A stretch of DNA of 64,000 nucleotides from Phoronis australis. Its lineage: Eukaryota > Animalia > Phoronida. The stretch lies in assembly GCA_002633005.1 (NCBI GenBank), contig NMRA01000024.1:1080583-1144582 (forward strand), written 5' to 3'. Under the pieces are notes generated by a model. It made no database searches, was not told the DNA's origin, and was given only the letters and a program-made list of their open reading frames with translations. The position numbers and the translations under genes are program-made. This document shows, piece by piece, positions 1 to 13,810 of the stretch (positions within the stretch are counted from its first letter, which is position 1; each line of letters opens with the position of its first letter).

Positions 1-529
1 AAGGCCTTTTTTCCCCATTGTATATGTGTCCTTTGGCGTAAGCGGTGTGGCTACTTCAGTATTAGCGAGAACACCAGCACTGTTATTGTAACTCAAACTG
101 TCCACTGTTTTCACTACTACAAAAGTTGCTACTGTTTAAGGTAGTTTGTGAATGGTTATTAGATATGATAACATTCAGAATTTAGCCATTTTTGGACAGT
201 TTTGTAGGGTGTCCCATAGTCGATGAATGAGTACAAGTAGGTGAATGAAGTCATGTATAGGGAAACAGGATCTGCTAAATAGGGTTTCAGTCCATTTTAG
301 AGAATTTTCACGGAAAAGGGACCAGTATGTGGGGACTTATGGTTAGCAACTTTCCAAAAAAGGTATAATCCATAGTTTCGTTGTTTCGTAAAGTACAACT
401 TCCAATGTCGGAGGTTCTTTTGTAAGGAACTGAATAGGAATACCCACCTGAAAACCAGGTAAATCATACAATGCATTTTCTACCTGTGCATAAAAGGAGA
501 ATTGTTTTCAGCATAACATATGGGGGGAC

Positions 530-740
530 AAATGAAATTTTACTTTCTGTCAAATTTCTCAACAAAAATAAGATCTAGAAAATGGTAGTCTAGTTTTAGT
601 TTGGTTTGTGTTATGTACAGGTTGAACATAACATTTGGTCAAGTTTCTAATATTTACAACAAAGTAATCGGCCTTTGAGAAATTGAAAAATGTCAACTTT
701 GACAATTTTTGTGCAGAATACTTCAAGAATTACCCATGTG
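530..740 (+). repeat. Dispersed ~200-bp repeat family A (other copies ~13140-13350 +, ~19190-19390 +, ~26590-26750 +, ~23500-23700 -, ~27640-27860 -, ~38750-38830 -)
   Basis: Recurrent blocks TGTCAAATTTCTC..., TGGTTTGTGT..., AACATTTGGTMAAGTTTCT and ...GTGCARAATA...GAATTAC. Boundaries approximate; probably a decayed non-autonomous DNA transposon. Confidence 0.6.
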
Positions 741-889
741 AGATGCTGCCCCCTGCCATGTCATATACAATACTTGTCTGAGTTAAAACCGGATTCCCAT
801 CAATTTGGAAAATCAAACATCGGGGTGGTCATTAAGTCCACCATGGACGTAAATTTAGAACATTCATTTGAAACTTCCCGAGAAATAAA

Positions 890-1135
890 TTGTTTTTAAA
901 TTGTTCCACTTTTTACCGAGGATTTCATGAAAAAATCCTAAGTTAAATGAGATGAAAATGAATCGAACACAAAATTATACTTAAAAAACTGTGTCATATT
1001 TTTGAGATCTCACCTTTAATATTTACATCAAATAAAACTCGATCATGTTATTGATACCATTGTTTTGCTATCAATGTACTTTTCTTGTTTGCTAAATTTT
1101 GCTCCAAAGGATGTCACATGACCCAATTAATGATG
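890..1135 (-). repeat. Dispersed repeat family B, minus-strand copy (plus-strand copies ~2190-2420, ~11150-11490, ~17060-17170, ~62100-62510)
   Basis: Shared blocks TAATTGGGTCAYGTGAC, CAATGGTAKCAATAACAYGATC and AGTATCTGARAGTTTC. The 890-1135 copy is the reverse complement. Confidence 0.65.
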
Positions 1136-4100
1136 ATGGTGAAGCGTCAAAAACCAAATTCTTCAGGATTTCTCCTTTCGGAAAATATATGGTATTATTG
1201 AATTAGAATATATTGTATTGTATTGTTTTGTAGATAAGGGTATTTAACTTGATGGTATGGGTTGGTATTAATCTGAACATGGAGGTTTTAACTTTGAAAG
1301 TTCTGGGTGGGCGTTAATCAGCGGCAGAGAATTGATTAGTCTCTCTATTCTCCACCCTTTTCTCCCACAGTTGTAAATTTTTATTGTAATGTAAATCAGC
1401 ACCACAATTGAAAAAATTTAATGTCTCTCTGAACATTAAAAATACATAGTGGCTGAAACAAATTAACTCTAGCATGCATAAAAAGCACCTGCCCTCATTT
1501 GAACTTTATTATTTCATTGAAATAATAATTTTTTTTTTGTATTTCACTGGCGTCAAAGTAATTTAGCCTTTTTGCTTGCTTGTTTGAAATTTTGTACTAA
1601 AGAGATTCATAGATTTGAATGAAACCAGGCTGTTTGTAAGGTGTGAAAGTTATTGCTTTCTTTGATTGGCGATTTATGCTTTGAAATACATGCTTTTGGA
1701 ATTTAGTTGATCTTGTATTCAATACCTGCACCGCTAATGCTCTTCAGTTTATCATTATGACAGACAAGTTGAATTTTATTTTGTGAAATTTCTCAACTGA
1801 AATAAGCGTCAAGAATTTTTTCTTTGGCGGAAGCATTGGTTGTAACATTCAGCTTAAACAAAACACAAATCATGACTTAAAGTTTTAATTGAATGCAGGA
1901 ACGAAAAATAAAGTAAGCCACTCAAATTCATAACATCCATCGTGTAATATTCCTTCTGTGTCAGGACTTGATTTCCATTGCAAACAAGAACATGAAAACC
2001 ATCAGAGCATCAAGAATGTGCTTCGGAGTTTGTTGAAGTTGGTGAAACCCGTAACTGGGAATTTGAAAACAATGCATGTACACATTGTCTGTGGTTCGAG
2101 TTGCCCGCGCGTTCCACTTATAATTCAGGATCAATGTCAATGTTTTTATGTAGGACGAGTTTGCGCATAAAGTCAAATGTGCTCAAAACTATGAAATTCA
2201 ACTCGACAAAAGTATATTTTCTGAAAGTAGAAAGGTTGTAGAATTTGACATTTAACTTTTTACCTAAATGTGTCAGTCGTTAATCGGGTCATGTGACCAT
2301 ATTTTTCAGTATAGTTTAGCAAAAAAGTATAAAGGTACACTGTTTTATAAACAATTCCCATGGAGAGCGGTGCATAAACATAGTATCTGAAAGTTTCTTA
2401 TGAATTGATGTAATTTTATTTTCGAGAGCAACGTCTCGTCTATCAAATCAGAAAAAAGTATCAAAATAAGGTCATGCGGAACATAGCTGTTGATTTTATT
2501 GAGGAGGCTGAGTCTATGGGTTTCGGCACCAAAAATGTTTTGCTGCCATCTTTTACTCTTCCCATACTACTGTGCAGTCTCAACACTGGGGTTTTATCCT
2601 CCTTGCCGTTGTTGTCGTGTCTTAAGTGCATTGTGGGACCACTGTTGGCTCATAAATGTCTTGTAGACGTGTAATCGTATACAGTTTTTGTTACCGTGTA
2701 GTTCCTTCTATTTAGAACATGACAGTGAAATTCTGTTCAATCAAAATTTTTGACAAAAATAAACTGGATGGAAACTTTACTTCATTATTTATATACCGTA
2801 GTTTATATTCTGCAGTTGTCGTCAACAAACTCATGGTGAAATTTCGAGTCAGAGGTTCGTGACGGCAATGCGCCGACACTAGCTAACTTACGGACAGATT
2901 CAATGACTACATCATTCCCTTAGTGGACTGTCTTTACAAAGCGCTTTTTCAATACTTTTGAGAGGAAAATCGTTTTCTGGTGACACCTAGAAAACTGGGT
3001 GACGGGTTTCACAATGAAACTTCCTAGATTTCACAGTGAAATTGTATGCGACAGCATGGCATCGGTACCAGTTCATTTTTAGCAAATCCAATGATTGCAG
3101 CATCTCCTATGGTCATTTTGTCCGGCCGTCTTATTGTGCAACTGTCTGGTCCACATTTTAAAATCCTCTGGATTTTTGCGCCTTATTGTGACTAGCTCAG
3201 TCACTGGTGGATAACTTGTGTGTTGTGTAACATAAAGATTCTAGAAACATACCCTTTGTGATTCACATGTTTAGTTGTTCTGATGGTTTTTTTGTTCTTG
3301 CTGGAAATGAAAATGAAGTCTTATCATTGTAAGCAATATTATGAGAAAGGTGATATGCATTTTAAGTTGTTTTATCAATTTATTTTCGTTTCTTTTTTTG
3401 GGGGGGGCAGTCACGTTCTGAGTAAACCATTTTTCTTTTCAGTTGAAAACCAATTATCTTTTTACTTAGTTGGATTAAAGTTGAATTCATCATTGTGATA
3501 TAGGGTGTAATCCGGAAAGGTTCAATCATCAATTGTCTACACTAGCAGTTGTTTACCAAAACATGGTGATTTTTTTGACATTGAACTAGAATTTAACGTA
3601 TGCTCACAGTATAAATTGGCCATTTTCCTCCAAGCTTTCGAAGGCTATCTCCCTTTCAAAAGCATTTAATGTACTTGAGTACTTTTGTATACAAATTTTT
3701 GAAATTTTGAAGCCTATTTCCCATTACCGAGCACAGCCCTCTATAGCCTGGCTCAGTTGCATTGAACCTAAGCTTTTTCTGTTTTATCAAAAGTGCTCAA
3801 TCCTTCTACCCTTTTGCACTAGAGGAAAAGTAGGCTAAGGTTAAACAATGTTGGTCATTTGTTGCTATTAAAGAAAACCTAACTGCAGATGACGTTTCAC
3901 TTATTTTCATCTCCGCTTTGTGCGCTTGTTATTCGAGTGTTATTGTTGGATATTTCTAAAAACAAGTTCTCTTTTTTAACTTCAACAAGGGTCAAGAGTT
4001 CGCGAGTGCATATGTGGCTGAGATAACCCGTGGTTATTTTAATCATCTGCGATAAAAACATATCAATGTGCTCAGTATTTAATGGATGTGTTTTTCATCC

Positions 4101-4898
4101 TACCTGGTGTTAGTGCATAAAGTATCTCCACAATACATGGGGGTGTGAACATCTGATTAGCCAACAGAGCGGGCGGAAATTTTCATGTGACACCTCCCTC
4201 TCCCCAGGGCTACCTTTCACTTAAGATTTTCAAGTCTAATTCTGTAATGGCTCTCTACACTTGAAATGTCGTAGCTACCTCAACTTTTTAATGGAAAATG
4301 AGAGTGCTGATGAGTCGGAACTACGCCATTTCCTTTGGTCACTGCATCTGTAGTCCATTTCATGAAATTTGACATGTGAGACGCAACAGAGAAATTTCAT
4401 CTCATGCTCCGATACTCTATTTCTGAAAAATTGTTAAGTTTCACTTCAGCTAAAATGAAAAGTCTTTGAGAGTTTACTAGAATCTGCTGGTCACTGTGAC
4501 TATTTCCGTTACTTGTTTCCAACCAATTATGCAATCATAACGACTTGCCTAAACCTTTATTCAGCAATTGTGAATTGGGAGGGTAAGACCAAATTTTTGT
4601 CTTAAGTTACTTCATGAAATGAACACTGATCAGCTTGGACTTAAAATGAACCTAGACGCTCTATTGACTGACAACAATTACCTTGAACTTTCCGTGTTTG
4701 CATTTTTGTGGAATTTTTGCTCACTCTGCTGAAGACTAAGTGTTTTTCATAATTTCAGCTGCGCTTCAGTAAATACCATCGATTTTCCATTTTTTAGTTG
4801 CTCGTGTGTATTGTTTCACTCACCGAAATCCAACGATAGTTAATCAATGTGAGTAATAGGAATACCTTTAGTGGCTACTCAGAGGCTACTCTTGACGT

Positions 4899-5120
4899 GT
4901 AAAAAACAAACATCAGTTGCCTACATTGGCTGAGGTGCAGTGTTTCACATTTACGTCTAATCAATAAATATCGTGGATCTATGTTATTTTTCACCTTTAG
5001 CTTCTCGGGATACTTTTAACGTAAAAATAAACATCAGATGCCTGCCTGCAACTGCCGGGGTGCCCTGCGTCACATTTACGTCTAATCAATACCTACATTT
5101 TATGTTATTTTTCACCTTTA
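4899..5120. repeat. Diverged tandem duplication of a ~122-bp unit
   Basis: GTAAAAAMAAACATCAG...TCACATTTACGTCTAATCAATA...TATGTTATTTTTCACCTTTA occurs twice head-to-tail. Confidence 0.8.
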
Positions 5121-6467
5121 AGTTTGCATGTACTAAAGCTCGTGTGTAATCAATCATGATACCGTTATATGAAGGTAATTTAACCACAACATAACTGAAG
5201 AGGTTTTAAAAAATATCAGCCGCCTGATGACCACTGCAACGCAATAAACATGTAGTCGATGCTATCTGCCAGTAGATCAAGCACTGGTTGTCAGGTGAGT
5301 GGTTTATTACTTTGAAGATGAACTTGGAACTGCTGTGTTTAGGAGGCTGCCATTTAGACATTTTGGACCCAGATGAATGAAATTTCAAATGCCAAAATTA
5401 AAAAATATAAACAATTGGCCCTGCTCTTTGCTATGATTCTCAACAACTGGTTTGGGGCACGTCATTTCCAAACACAATTTTGTACAGTTTTAAGTACCGA
5501 AAAGCCCTCCCCCCGTGGTTACCTGATTGGTAAAAATACCCAAGATCTGCAAAATTATGGACACCCATTGGTATGACTCTGCTTTTCTAACCCTGTTTCC
5601 TGATCCAAATCGCGCCACGTTAGTGCTAGGCACGTCATCTCTGACTAGGCGGATTTGTTTTAAGTATTGTTTTTCTCACACCATATTTTTTTAAGACTGT
5701 GAAAATTGTGAAATCCATGGTCATGGCACATGAAATTGAAAAAATCGCTAGTTCAGGTTCACTTTCATTAATATTCTTTATCAAAGGAATTGTGCTCAGT
5801 AGTAGAAATTTTGTTGTTGGAAATAACATTTTTTTGTCAACAACATTAAGGTTTGTGAGTTTAGTAAAAATTTCTTTGCCAAAAACGCTCTTGATGACAT
5901 TTTCATTTTTTTTTAAAGTGACCTTTGTTGAAAAGACAGTTATTTGAAATTTTAAAGTGAATGCGTTTGCTTCAGTAGGACATCGTGTTTGTTCAGTGAG
6001 AAATTTCAGATCCTAATTTAGGCATTTCTTACGTTTGTTCACGAATATAGGATAATTAGATGAGTTTAGTATTCAAATCAGGTAACGTCAAATAGTTTTC
6101 TGTTGTTACAAAAATTGCCCCTGGGCCTCATTTAAGTATCATTTGTATTCTCTGTATTCCCAAAATACTGCGGCTCTAACACTTCCTTGTTGTTGTTGTG
6201 AATGTGAAAATTAACCTATTTTCAAATGCATTTCATCTCGACTGAGGTTATGTAGAGGTCGGGGATTTCTCCATTGATTTTTTACACACAAGAATATCTT
6301 TTTTTCTCTCCCATGTATTTATTCAGGGAAATAGAGACATCTGGTAAAACATGACGAACGCAAATTGTTCCGAAATCCAAAATGAACTGGCTTGCAGACC
6401 GTTTGGCTCTGTATTTGTCATACTTCTGTTTTTCAAGAGCACCATTCCACCTCATTGTGGTTTATAA

Positions 6468-6855
6468 TTATCATCATCATTATTGCCATCATCATCATCA
6501 TCATTATTGCCATCATCATCATCATCATCATTATTGCCATCATCATCTTCATCATTGTCGTGGCTATCATCATCACCATTGTCATTATCGTCATCACGAC
6601 CATTGTCATCATCATTGTCATCGTCATCGTCATTATCGCCACCAGTGTTATCACCATTACCATTGTCATTGTCGTCATCGCCATCATCACCATCATCATG
6701 TTATCACCATCCTCAATATTGCTGTTGTTCACACCATCCTTGTCATCAATGAAGTTCATTTTGTGATGTTGTGATTGTGAATATCATTGTCAGGGACTTA
6801 GTGCCATCATCACTGTCATTATCACCACCATCATCGTTGTTATTTGCCATCATTT
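6468..6855. repeat. Degenerate (CAT/CAC/CGT)n trinucleotide microsatellite
   Basis: Long CATCATCAT runs; explains the spurious poly-His/Ile/Ser/Met ORFs. Confidence 0.95.
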
Positions 6856-8610
6856 TATTCCCTCAGAACGCTTTGATTTCACTGTCATAGTCTCTGGCTA
6901 GATTATGATAAATATTCCATTGTGTTAAAGTGTCAATTTGATTTTAACTGAATGTTGGGTAGGTTTCCGGAACTTATTGAATTGATAATAGAGTCCATAA
7001 GTCGATGGTACATCGTGTTATAATATTTAAGTAAGTAGAACCAATATTCTCCCCTGAATAGCGGCCATATAATTGGTTCTCAAAATTTGGGACCCTGTAA
7101 GTGACTGTTTCCGACTTTTCACTTGTCTGCTTTCGGACGCTGGGGTTTTGAAAGTCTAGTGTTAAGTACTGAATTTTCTAGTTGCGCACATTTTCAAAAA
7201 AGAAAATTTGTCTTATAGAAGCTGAATCTTGCCTTTGATGCACAATCCTTATTTACTTCTGCTGTACACCTTTTTTCGATCCTAAGATCCATATAACATG
7301 ATATTTTTATATTTGCCTCATCTCTGCTGTATGATTCTTTCCCTGTGATTTCTCCGTTGGTTCGATTGCCATTTACTCCATCGATGATCTGTCATTGTTC
7401 GCTGGCTTGTTTCCTGTTTACTTAGTCGAAGTTTGTGTTTTCCGTGGCATCTAATTAGTGAGATTACATATAGAAGCAACAATCATCTGGACAACTTTGA
7501 AGGTGATGTCAACAGTGCTGGCAATATCACTTTGTACACTTCCTTATTTTAGCCAATCACCCTTAGGAAATATCAGTAGTGTATAATAACAAGAGACAGC
7601 TTTCCGTGGAGTTTCTTGCGAGAAAAATGAGACCACATAAAATCACGTGTGGGAGAGGCAAGGGTTTCGGGAGTAAATCTGCTGATGTGATTGGATGACA
7701 TTTTTAGTTGCATAAGCCTTGTTGCGACAAGGGCCTTGAGGGTGTAGTGCATTACATAACCTGACCCTTTATTGTTTTAATGTTTTGTTTTCATTGTGTC
7801 TCATGAAGCAATATTTTATTTGTATTTCATTTTTATTAGGCAAAAGCCATTAGTATGTTATCTATCATTTTTAGTTATTTATTTCTTTGTTATCTAATCG
7901 ACATGAAATTCGCACGCAACACGTGTCTCGTCAGTACCTGGAGGCCTATGTTTCAGGTTAACATTGCATGCAATGTGGCGTTGTGGTGCCCCTTTTTCAT
8001 TATTTTGCTTTGCAGAGCCTTAAAGATTTTTTGTCTGAAACTTGGTATATGGTAGATCATATCAAACGCTATCTGGTGTATGTCATTTATTTTTCATTAC
8101 AAGTTATTGTTCTATAGTTACTTGACGTTTTCCGAGGACTGCTCTTTGTTCTTCCCACATCCCTTGATGGATCTTTCTGGAATTTGGTATGTAGATACAT
8201 CTCGTTAAGCGTTATTTTTGCTGTGGCAATGGTTTGTCGCTCCGACTTACCATTCTTGAGTTATTTTGATTTGATGAATATATTTTATTGATCGATTCCT
8301 CGCTGCTCTTTTGTTGGTCAATTATATGCACGGTACAGGTTGTTTGTTCAACTTGAAATTCTCAGACACCATATCTTGTGAAAAGGTGTGAGCCTATTGT
8401 TTTTTGCCGAACTCGAACACGAGATGTCGCAGAGGCAACCACGTTTTGAATAATCGTTTTTTTCCGCAATCAAATCTTCTGAAATTGAGCGTGTTGATGG
8501 ATCCCATCATTGGCTATCGGTTTCTCACTATGGCTTACCCTTCTTGAATTATTGGTGTGACTGATTCCTCAATCCACTTTTGTGGGTTTACCATTTATTG
8601 AAAAGGCAAT

Positions 8611-8958
8611 GGCTGTGTTCAGACCAACTAACACTGTTATGTAACCCTTACCAGTCACACCAATAGTAACTGTTGTAACCATAGTTGGTGGTTTTAATCC
8701 CCAGTTGCTCTCTGATTCACCACAGCTAGGGCCTCAGTGCGGCTTTGTTTCCAACAATATTTGATAGCAGCGCCACCAACTTTTGCAATTGCCGTGTTCA
8801 CACTGATTTCCGATTGTAACCTCTCATTAAACCACCCTGGCAGAGGGTTTTAACCCCGCTACAGTTGAAACTTTTCAAACCAACTTTAAAGAATTATAAA
8901 TTTCAAATCGGTTTTAATTTGGTTTTAAAAGTTATAACTGCTTAGGTGTGAACAGGGC
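8611..8958. mobile_element. Decayed Harbinger/Tourist-like MITE
   Basis: Imperfect termini GGCTGTGTTCAGAC ... GTGTGAACAGGGC, with an internal GCCGTGTTCACAC. No clean TSD. Confidence 0.4.
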
Positions 8959-8989
8959 ATAGGCCTGTGTTTCTTGATCATTTTTGTTA

Positions 8990-9150
8990 TTACCATTCAT
9001 CGTGGTCAAAATCAACATGATTATCGTCGTCATCATTATTTTTCATTCATTTTCGCCAATAGTTACATAACTGTTGTGTTTCTTTACTCATTATTCTCAT
9101 CATCATTTATCATCGTCCTGCGTCATCAACATCATCATCATCATCATCTG
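8990..9150. repeat. Short degenerate (CAT)n microsatellite
   Basis: CATCATCATCATCATC run and variants. Confidence 0.8.
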
Positions 9151-10722
9151 TTTTCATTTAATCTTTTCTTTCTTTTTGTCCATATCGTTAAGTGCTCTCT
9201 CCTCAAAGGCTTAATTTCATTTTATGTTATTTTACTGGACTCTCATTCAACCTTGACCTTGCTGCCCAAGGTGACATCCCCATACTGTCTACCTTGTACT
9301 TTAGCTGGGTGTTCTTTGGTGAACTTTTGCTTAACACATTACTCACTACTATTACCGTGCTTTTTCTGCCATATTGATTATGGATAGGTGTCACTTACTT
9401 TTTCAACAACAGTTTTTCCATTAGTTTTTTCAGCCTAGATGTGTTGTTGAGGGGTCGTCTAAGGGTCATTCGTAGGTGTTATTGTCACTCATGTATTTTT
9501 ATGACGTTATAGGTGATGGATAATTAGTTCAAGAAAGGATGTTTTTGTGTTGTTAATGTTTACCTTTGGGCTTTTTGAATTATACTGGATCTGATATGTT
9601 TTTGCGAGAGTGGAAAAAAATTATGCCCTTAATTGCAAATGCGTGTCATGTCAAGTGTACAGTAATTTGATTGCACAAATGTTTATGGCATATTTTTAAT
9701 TTTGTGTTCACATTCTGTTATTTTTTGATGGTATCTTTGACCATTTTCAAGTGCTCGTTGCGTACAACGTTTTTGCTTGCGTTCAGTCAGTCTCTGTTTG
9801 CATTTAGCTTGTGTCACGTTCATCAGTAAAAGTGTAACGAAAATCTAAAACACATTTTATTGAGGTAACATGTATCTTGTCAATTTCCAATTGCGCTATT
9901 CGAAAGGGATTTTGTGGCCATGTAGTTGTGAATGTTAAATTCTAAACCAGAAAGTTTTGTGGTCTTAAGACAGTGCCATGTTCAACCTATCTTGAAATCT
10001 TACTAAATGAGCCCAGTGCAGCTCAAGTCATTGGCAATGTGAACACTCATTTTGTTGATTCGCTGATGGTTTCGATAACTTAGTTGCGGGTTAAATACTT
10101 TGAAATTGGGAAAAAATTATTTATCTGAAACACCAGCTTTTGAGGCTAGTCCGATTGGCCCTTGATTAGATGTGAAGACAAATGGCGCCTGATGAAGGGT
10201 TGCTCTTGTTAGGCTCAAAAGCTCTTTTATTTTGAGTGATTTACCAGTTTCTATGTTGCTGGCTCATTTTATTGGCCCTTGTTGGTTTTAGTTAATGATG
10301 GTTTCCCTGTTCTTCATGATAACAGAAATAGAGTCTGATCAGGGTAAGGAGTATTGTTAGACCAATGTAATTAAAGCACAAGGTCTTAACTCAATACAGT
10401 AGCGACAAATTGAAATGCACTCTGTTCCCACAGTACATTGTGAACAAATGTTAGCGCCACCTGCCCACCTGCAGTTCACATGTAACTCAGTCACTGACTG
10501 TGTTTTTATAAATTCTTTAAGATTACTATGCCTTCAGGTTACATCTGTTGTGCGATGATTCATGCAAAAGACGTGTCGAACACTGCAAAAATTACGAGAA
10601 TTAAAGAGAAACCGCTTTGTGAGCTCAGTCTATCGTGGCAACCAAAATGTGAATTTGAGTCAATCTGCAGTTGCTTTCATGGTCTTATAGTGCTATAGAC
10701 TGTTAAGGGGATGTAGGATCTG

Positions 10723-11111
10723 GGCCCGGTCTCCAATCTTTTTACTCGAAATGGAACTAGAAATTAGGTTTGGCATTTTCTACTCTACTTTAGGGCGAAC
10801 TCAAGATAAGTGTCTATTATTCTATGCTCGAGTACACAATAACTTACGTAGATAATTTATTGTCCTTAGTTCACAGTTTGTAAACCCAATAATAAAGCAA
10901 TAAGTTTGAGTTTGAACTCGAAATTTCGAGTCTTTACTCAAGTTTGTAGGGTCTTCAAGGGCAAACTTGAACTAGAAACTCCTATGCATAACCTATAATG
11001 TATTCGAGCACAGTCTGATAACCAATTATCTTAAGTTCGCACAAAAGGAGCAGAGAAATTGCCAAAAATAGTTTCGAGTTTGTTTCAAGTACAAAGATTA
11101 GAGACCGGGCC
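10723..11111. mobile_element. 389-bp foldback MITE, PIF/Harbinger-type
   Basis: TIRs GGCCCGGTCTCCAATCTTT / AAAGATTAGAGACCGGGCC; imperfect complementarity extends over 100 bp inward; flanked by a 3-bp direct repeat CTG (10720-10722 and 11112-11114). Confidence 0.9.
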
Positions 11112-12472
11112 CTGGTCAAATCTATTCATTAAGCCAAATAACTACAAACTACAGAGTTTCGTAAAATACAACATTGTAGAATTGAATTGTTTACTTTAAA
11201 CCAGTCAGCCAGTAATTGGGTCACGTGACTATGTACATTTAGTAAAAAAGAAGCGGTGCAGTCATAGCAACACAATGGTAGCAATAACACGATCAGTGTT
11301 CATTTGACGTTAACGGAATCTTGGACACTCTGGTATACCTTCGCTTTCATCTGTTTATTTTTTTTTTGATAAACATCATAAAAGTGCTATTTCTTTTAGC
11401 CCCTCATGCAAATGTGGAATATAATAAAAGCAATTCCTAACAATGTTTTGGAGAACAATGCATAAAGCACAGTATCTGAGAGTTTCATGTCGTCTTCTTC
11501 TTCTTCTTCTTGTCCTTCTTAAAGTTTCGTATGAATCCATCTTTTTTACACAATCTTCAGTGGAATGTTTGCTGTTGAGAAAAATGGTGGATGTGTCCCG
11601 AATGCAAGATTTAAAATATGTTATTATTTACCTGTGTTGATATGCAGTAGTCAAACTAGTCTATATAATGCATTGGAATGGTGTGTTTTATTTTGTCAGG
11701 TTGTCGCCTATCACCAGTGAAGTGTAGTTCCCTTATGGTGTTCTATGTGGGTGCCGTGCTGTTGCACTCAGAAAGAACACTCCATGCTGGTTCATGCTGG
11801 CTCTTTGACGTACTTGAAGGATTGTTTTCCATTTTTATTTCTTATTTATTCTCCGGTTTAAGATCCGGTTTCTATGAAAGCAACACATTGCTGGTGGCTT
11901 TTTAAAATGTGATGCCTGAGTACTATTACTACAGAAAAATCTTCCCAATTTTGGACCAAAATTGTCCTCTTTTCTATTTCTTATGGGCTTTTGTTGCGAA
12001 GTCGCGTAATTCATCAAAGTATTGTATGGTCATAACTTTGGTTGTACACGGTAAAGCACCAGTAAGATATGGATTGTCTTTTTTCGTGAACCATCAAATG
12101 AAATTTTTGCTCTGCTTGTACATTGTGAAAATGACATTATTCACACTTGTGAATTGTGATTTCTGTGAAAGTGATTTCATGTTGCTGTGAATGGTGAAAC
12201 GGTACGAATAAAATCTTCCCAATTTCAGAAAAACTAATTGCAAATTGCCTTTTTTCATTTTCCATGGCTTCTGACATTGTGTGCAACTTTTTCTTGTGGT
12301 AGCTATGGTACAGCCCTTGAACATGAAAAGCACTACGCAAGTTCCATATATTATCATCTCGGATAGTAAAATATGAATCACTTGTCTGCCACATTGTGTC
12401 CTTAACTGAGCTTTCACTGCATTTCTGTCATGCGGGAACAGCGACACGACCCTCCATATCCCATTCACTGTA

Positions 12473-12799
12473 CAGTGGTGGATTTAGGGGGGGGGGGGGC
12501 AAGTGGGCCATGGCCCCTCCTAAAATTCTTCCAGATACCATTTGGCAGTTCGTTTGCGAATTGCTGACTAGCACATGCGCGCCACCAGTGGGGCTCGAGG
12601 GTTGAATAAGCAATGCATAGGCCATGACCAAACCCCGTTTACTGTTTTCTTTTATTTTTTAGTCAAAAGGTCCACAAACCCCAAAATTCAAGACCCCTAC
12701 ATCCCTACATTTTAGGCTGGGCGAACGCATCTTCCGAAATTCTGATTATTCCTGTGCCCTGCCTCTCCCTTCCAACTCAAAATCCTGGATCCGCTCTTG
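12473..12799. mobile_element. hAT-like MITE (CAGTGG..GGAT family) containing a nested second MITE at ~12574-12731
   Basis: Ends CAGTGGTGGATTTAGGGG ... AAATCCTGGATCCGCTCTTG are the reverse-complement homologue of 61785-61945. The internal segment matches the 29093-29359 family (AAAAGGTCCAC, CCCTAYATTTTAGGCTGGG). Confidence 0.75.
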
Positions 12800-12825
12800 C
12801 TATAGGCACACAAATTAGCCTACAA

Positions 12826-13014
12826 TAGACCCTATTCACGCAGTCGCCATTTTAAAAAAGCCTCTTTTTAGGTTTAAAAACATGCATTTGAGACATGAAT
12901 AGAATGAGACACCTGGAAAATTTTGTTTCTTACTGTGATTAGGTGCAGAATGCATTGCATTTAAAACCTAAAAGAAGGCTCTTTTTAATATGGCAACTGC
13001 ATGAATAAGGTGTA
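12826..13014. mobile_element. ~190-bp palindromic MITE with TAGAC.../...GTGTA ends (possibly Academ-like)
   Basis: TAGACCCTATTCACGCAGTCGCCATTTTAAAAAAGCCTC pairs with GGCTCTTTTTAATATGGCAACTGCATGAATAAGGTGTA; arms ~60 bp. Superfamily assignment tentative. Confidence 0.8.
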
Positions 13015-13639
13015 TAACGGTATGATGCCGATAAAGCTGAAGGAACTGTTGCACATCGTGCTGAACTGTGGGTGTAACCACCTGCTAACACCAATAGGGT
13101 TTGCAGTCATTCTTCACTAATCTAACTCACAAAATGGCCGACAATTGAAATTCTTTTTGATCAAATTTCTCCACTAAGGAAAAGATTAATGACATTTCAG
13201 GGAATTATCAGCATGGTTAGTGTATAGATGCTACAAAACAACATTTGGTAAAGTTTCTGTTATTGGCAACAAGTTAATGAGTCTTAGGAAACTAAAAACT
13301 TGACTGTTTTGGGAATTATTGTGTGCAAAATATGTGGAGAATCACTGTGCTATGACCGTGGCTTAAGATGAGATGTCCTTTTGTTGTCTACTCACTAGTA
13401 AACCTCTGCTATTTGGGAAGTAGTGGCCGTAAAAGTTTAACGTTATTTTTCCACGATGCAACTGGTCTCTTCCCACGATAACAGCGTGTTTGGAGTCCAA
13501 AAAGAACTGATAAGAGTGTTATCGTCACCGGCGATCAAATTTTCAAAGTTTAATCCTCTGCCTTGTGCTCAGGGGGTGGAAAAGACTACGTTACATCAGC
13601 CCCAAATTCCAGCTGTTTTTGCCCACTATGCTTCAGTCT

Positions 13640-13810
13640 GTATCCATGGTCCTCAGACATGGAGTTTGGTCATTCAGTATATAGTATCTTAAGTGCGTGT
13701 GGAGTTTTGGGGTGCGGGTATGCAATTAGGATCGCGGGTTTGGTGTGTCTGGTTTGGTAGGGAAGTCTAGGGGAGCGAACTTGGAGTTTAGAGGTGCAGC
13801 CATGGAATTT
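13640..13810 (+). repeat. Dispersed repeat family C (second copy ~19920-20065)
   Basis: Shared GAGTTTGGT...GGTATGSAATT...TCKCGGGTKTGGTGT...TAGGGGA...GAGGYRCAGCCMTGG. Confidence 0.55.

Noticed and set aside
6382-6774. His-, Ile-, Ser- and Met-rich ORFs in four frames
   Set aside because: Translation artefacts of a (CAT)n microsatellite.
7830-8560. Possible further HINE-like repeat (also ~58540-58870)
   Set aside because: Only vague motif resemblance (TGAAACTTGGTAT-like); termini could not be defined, so it is not listed as a feature.
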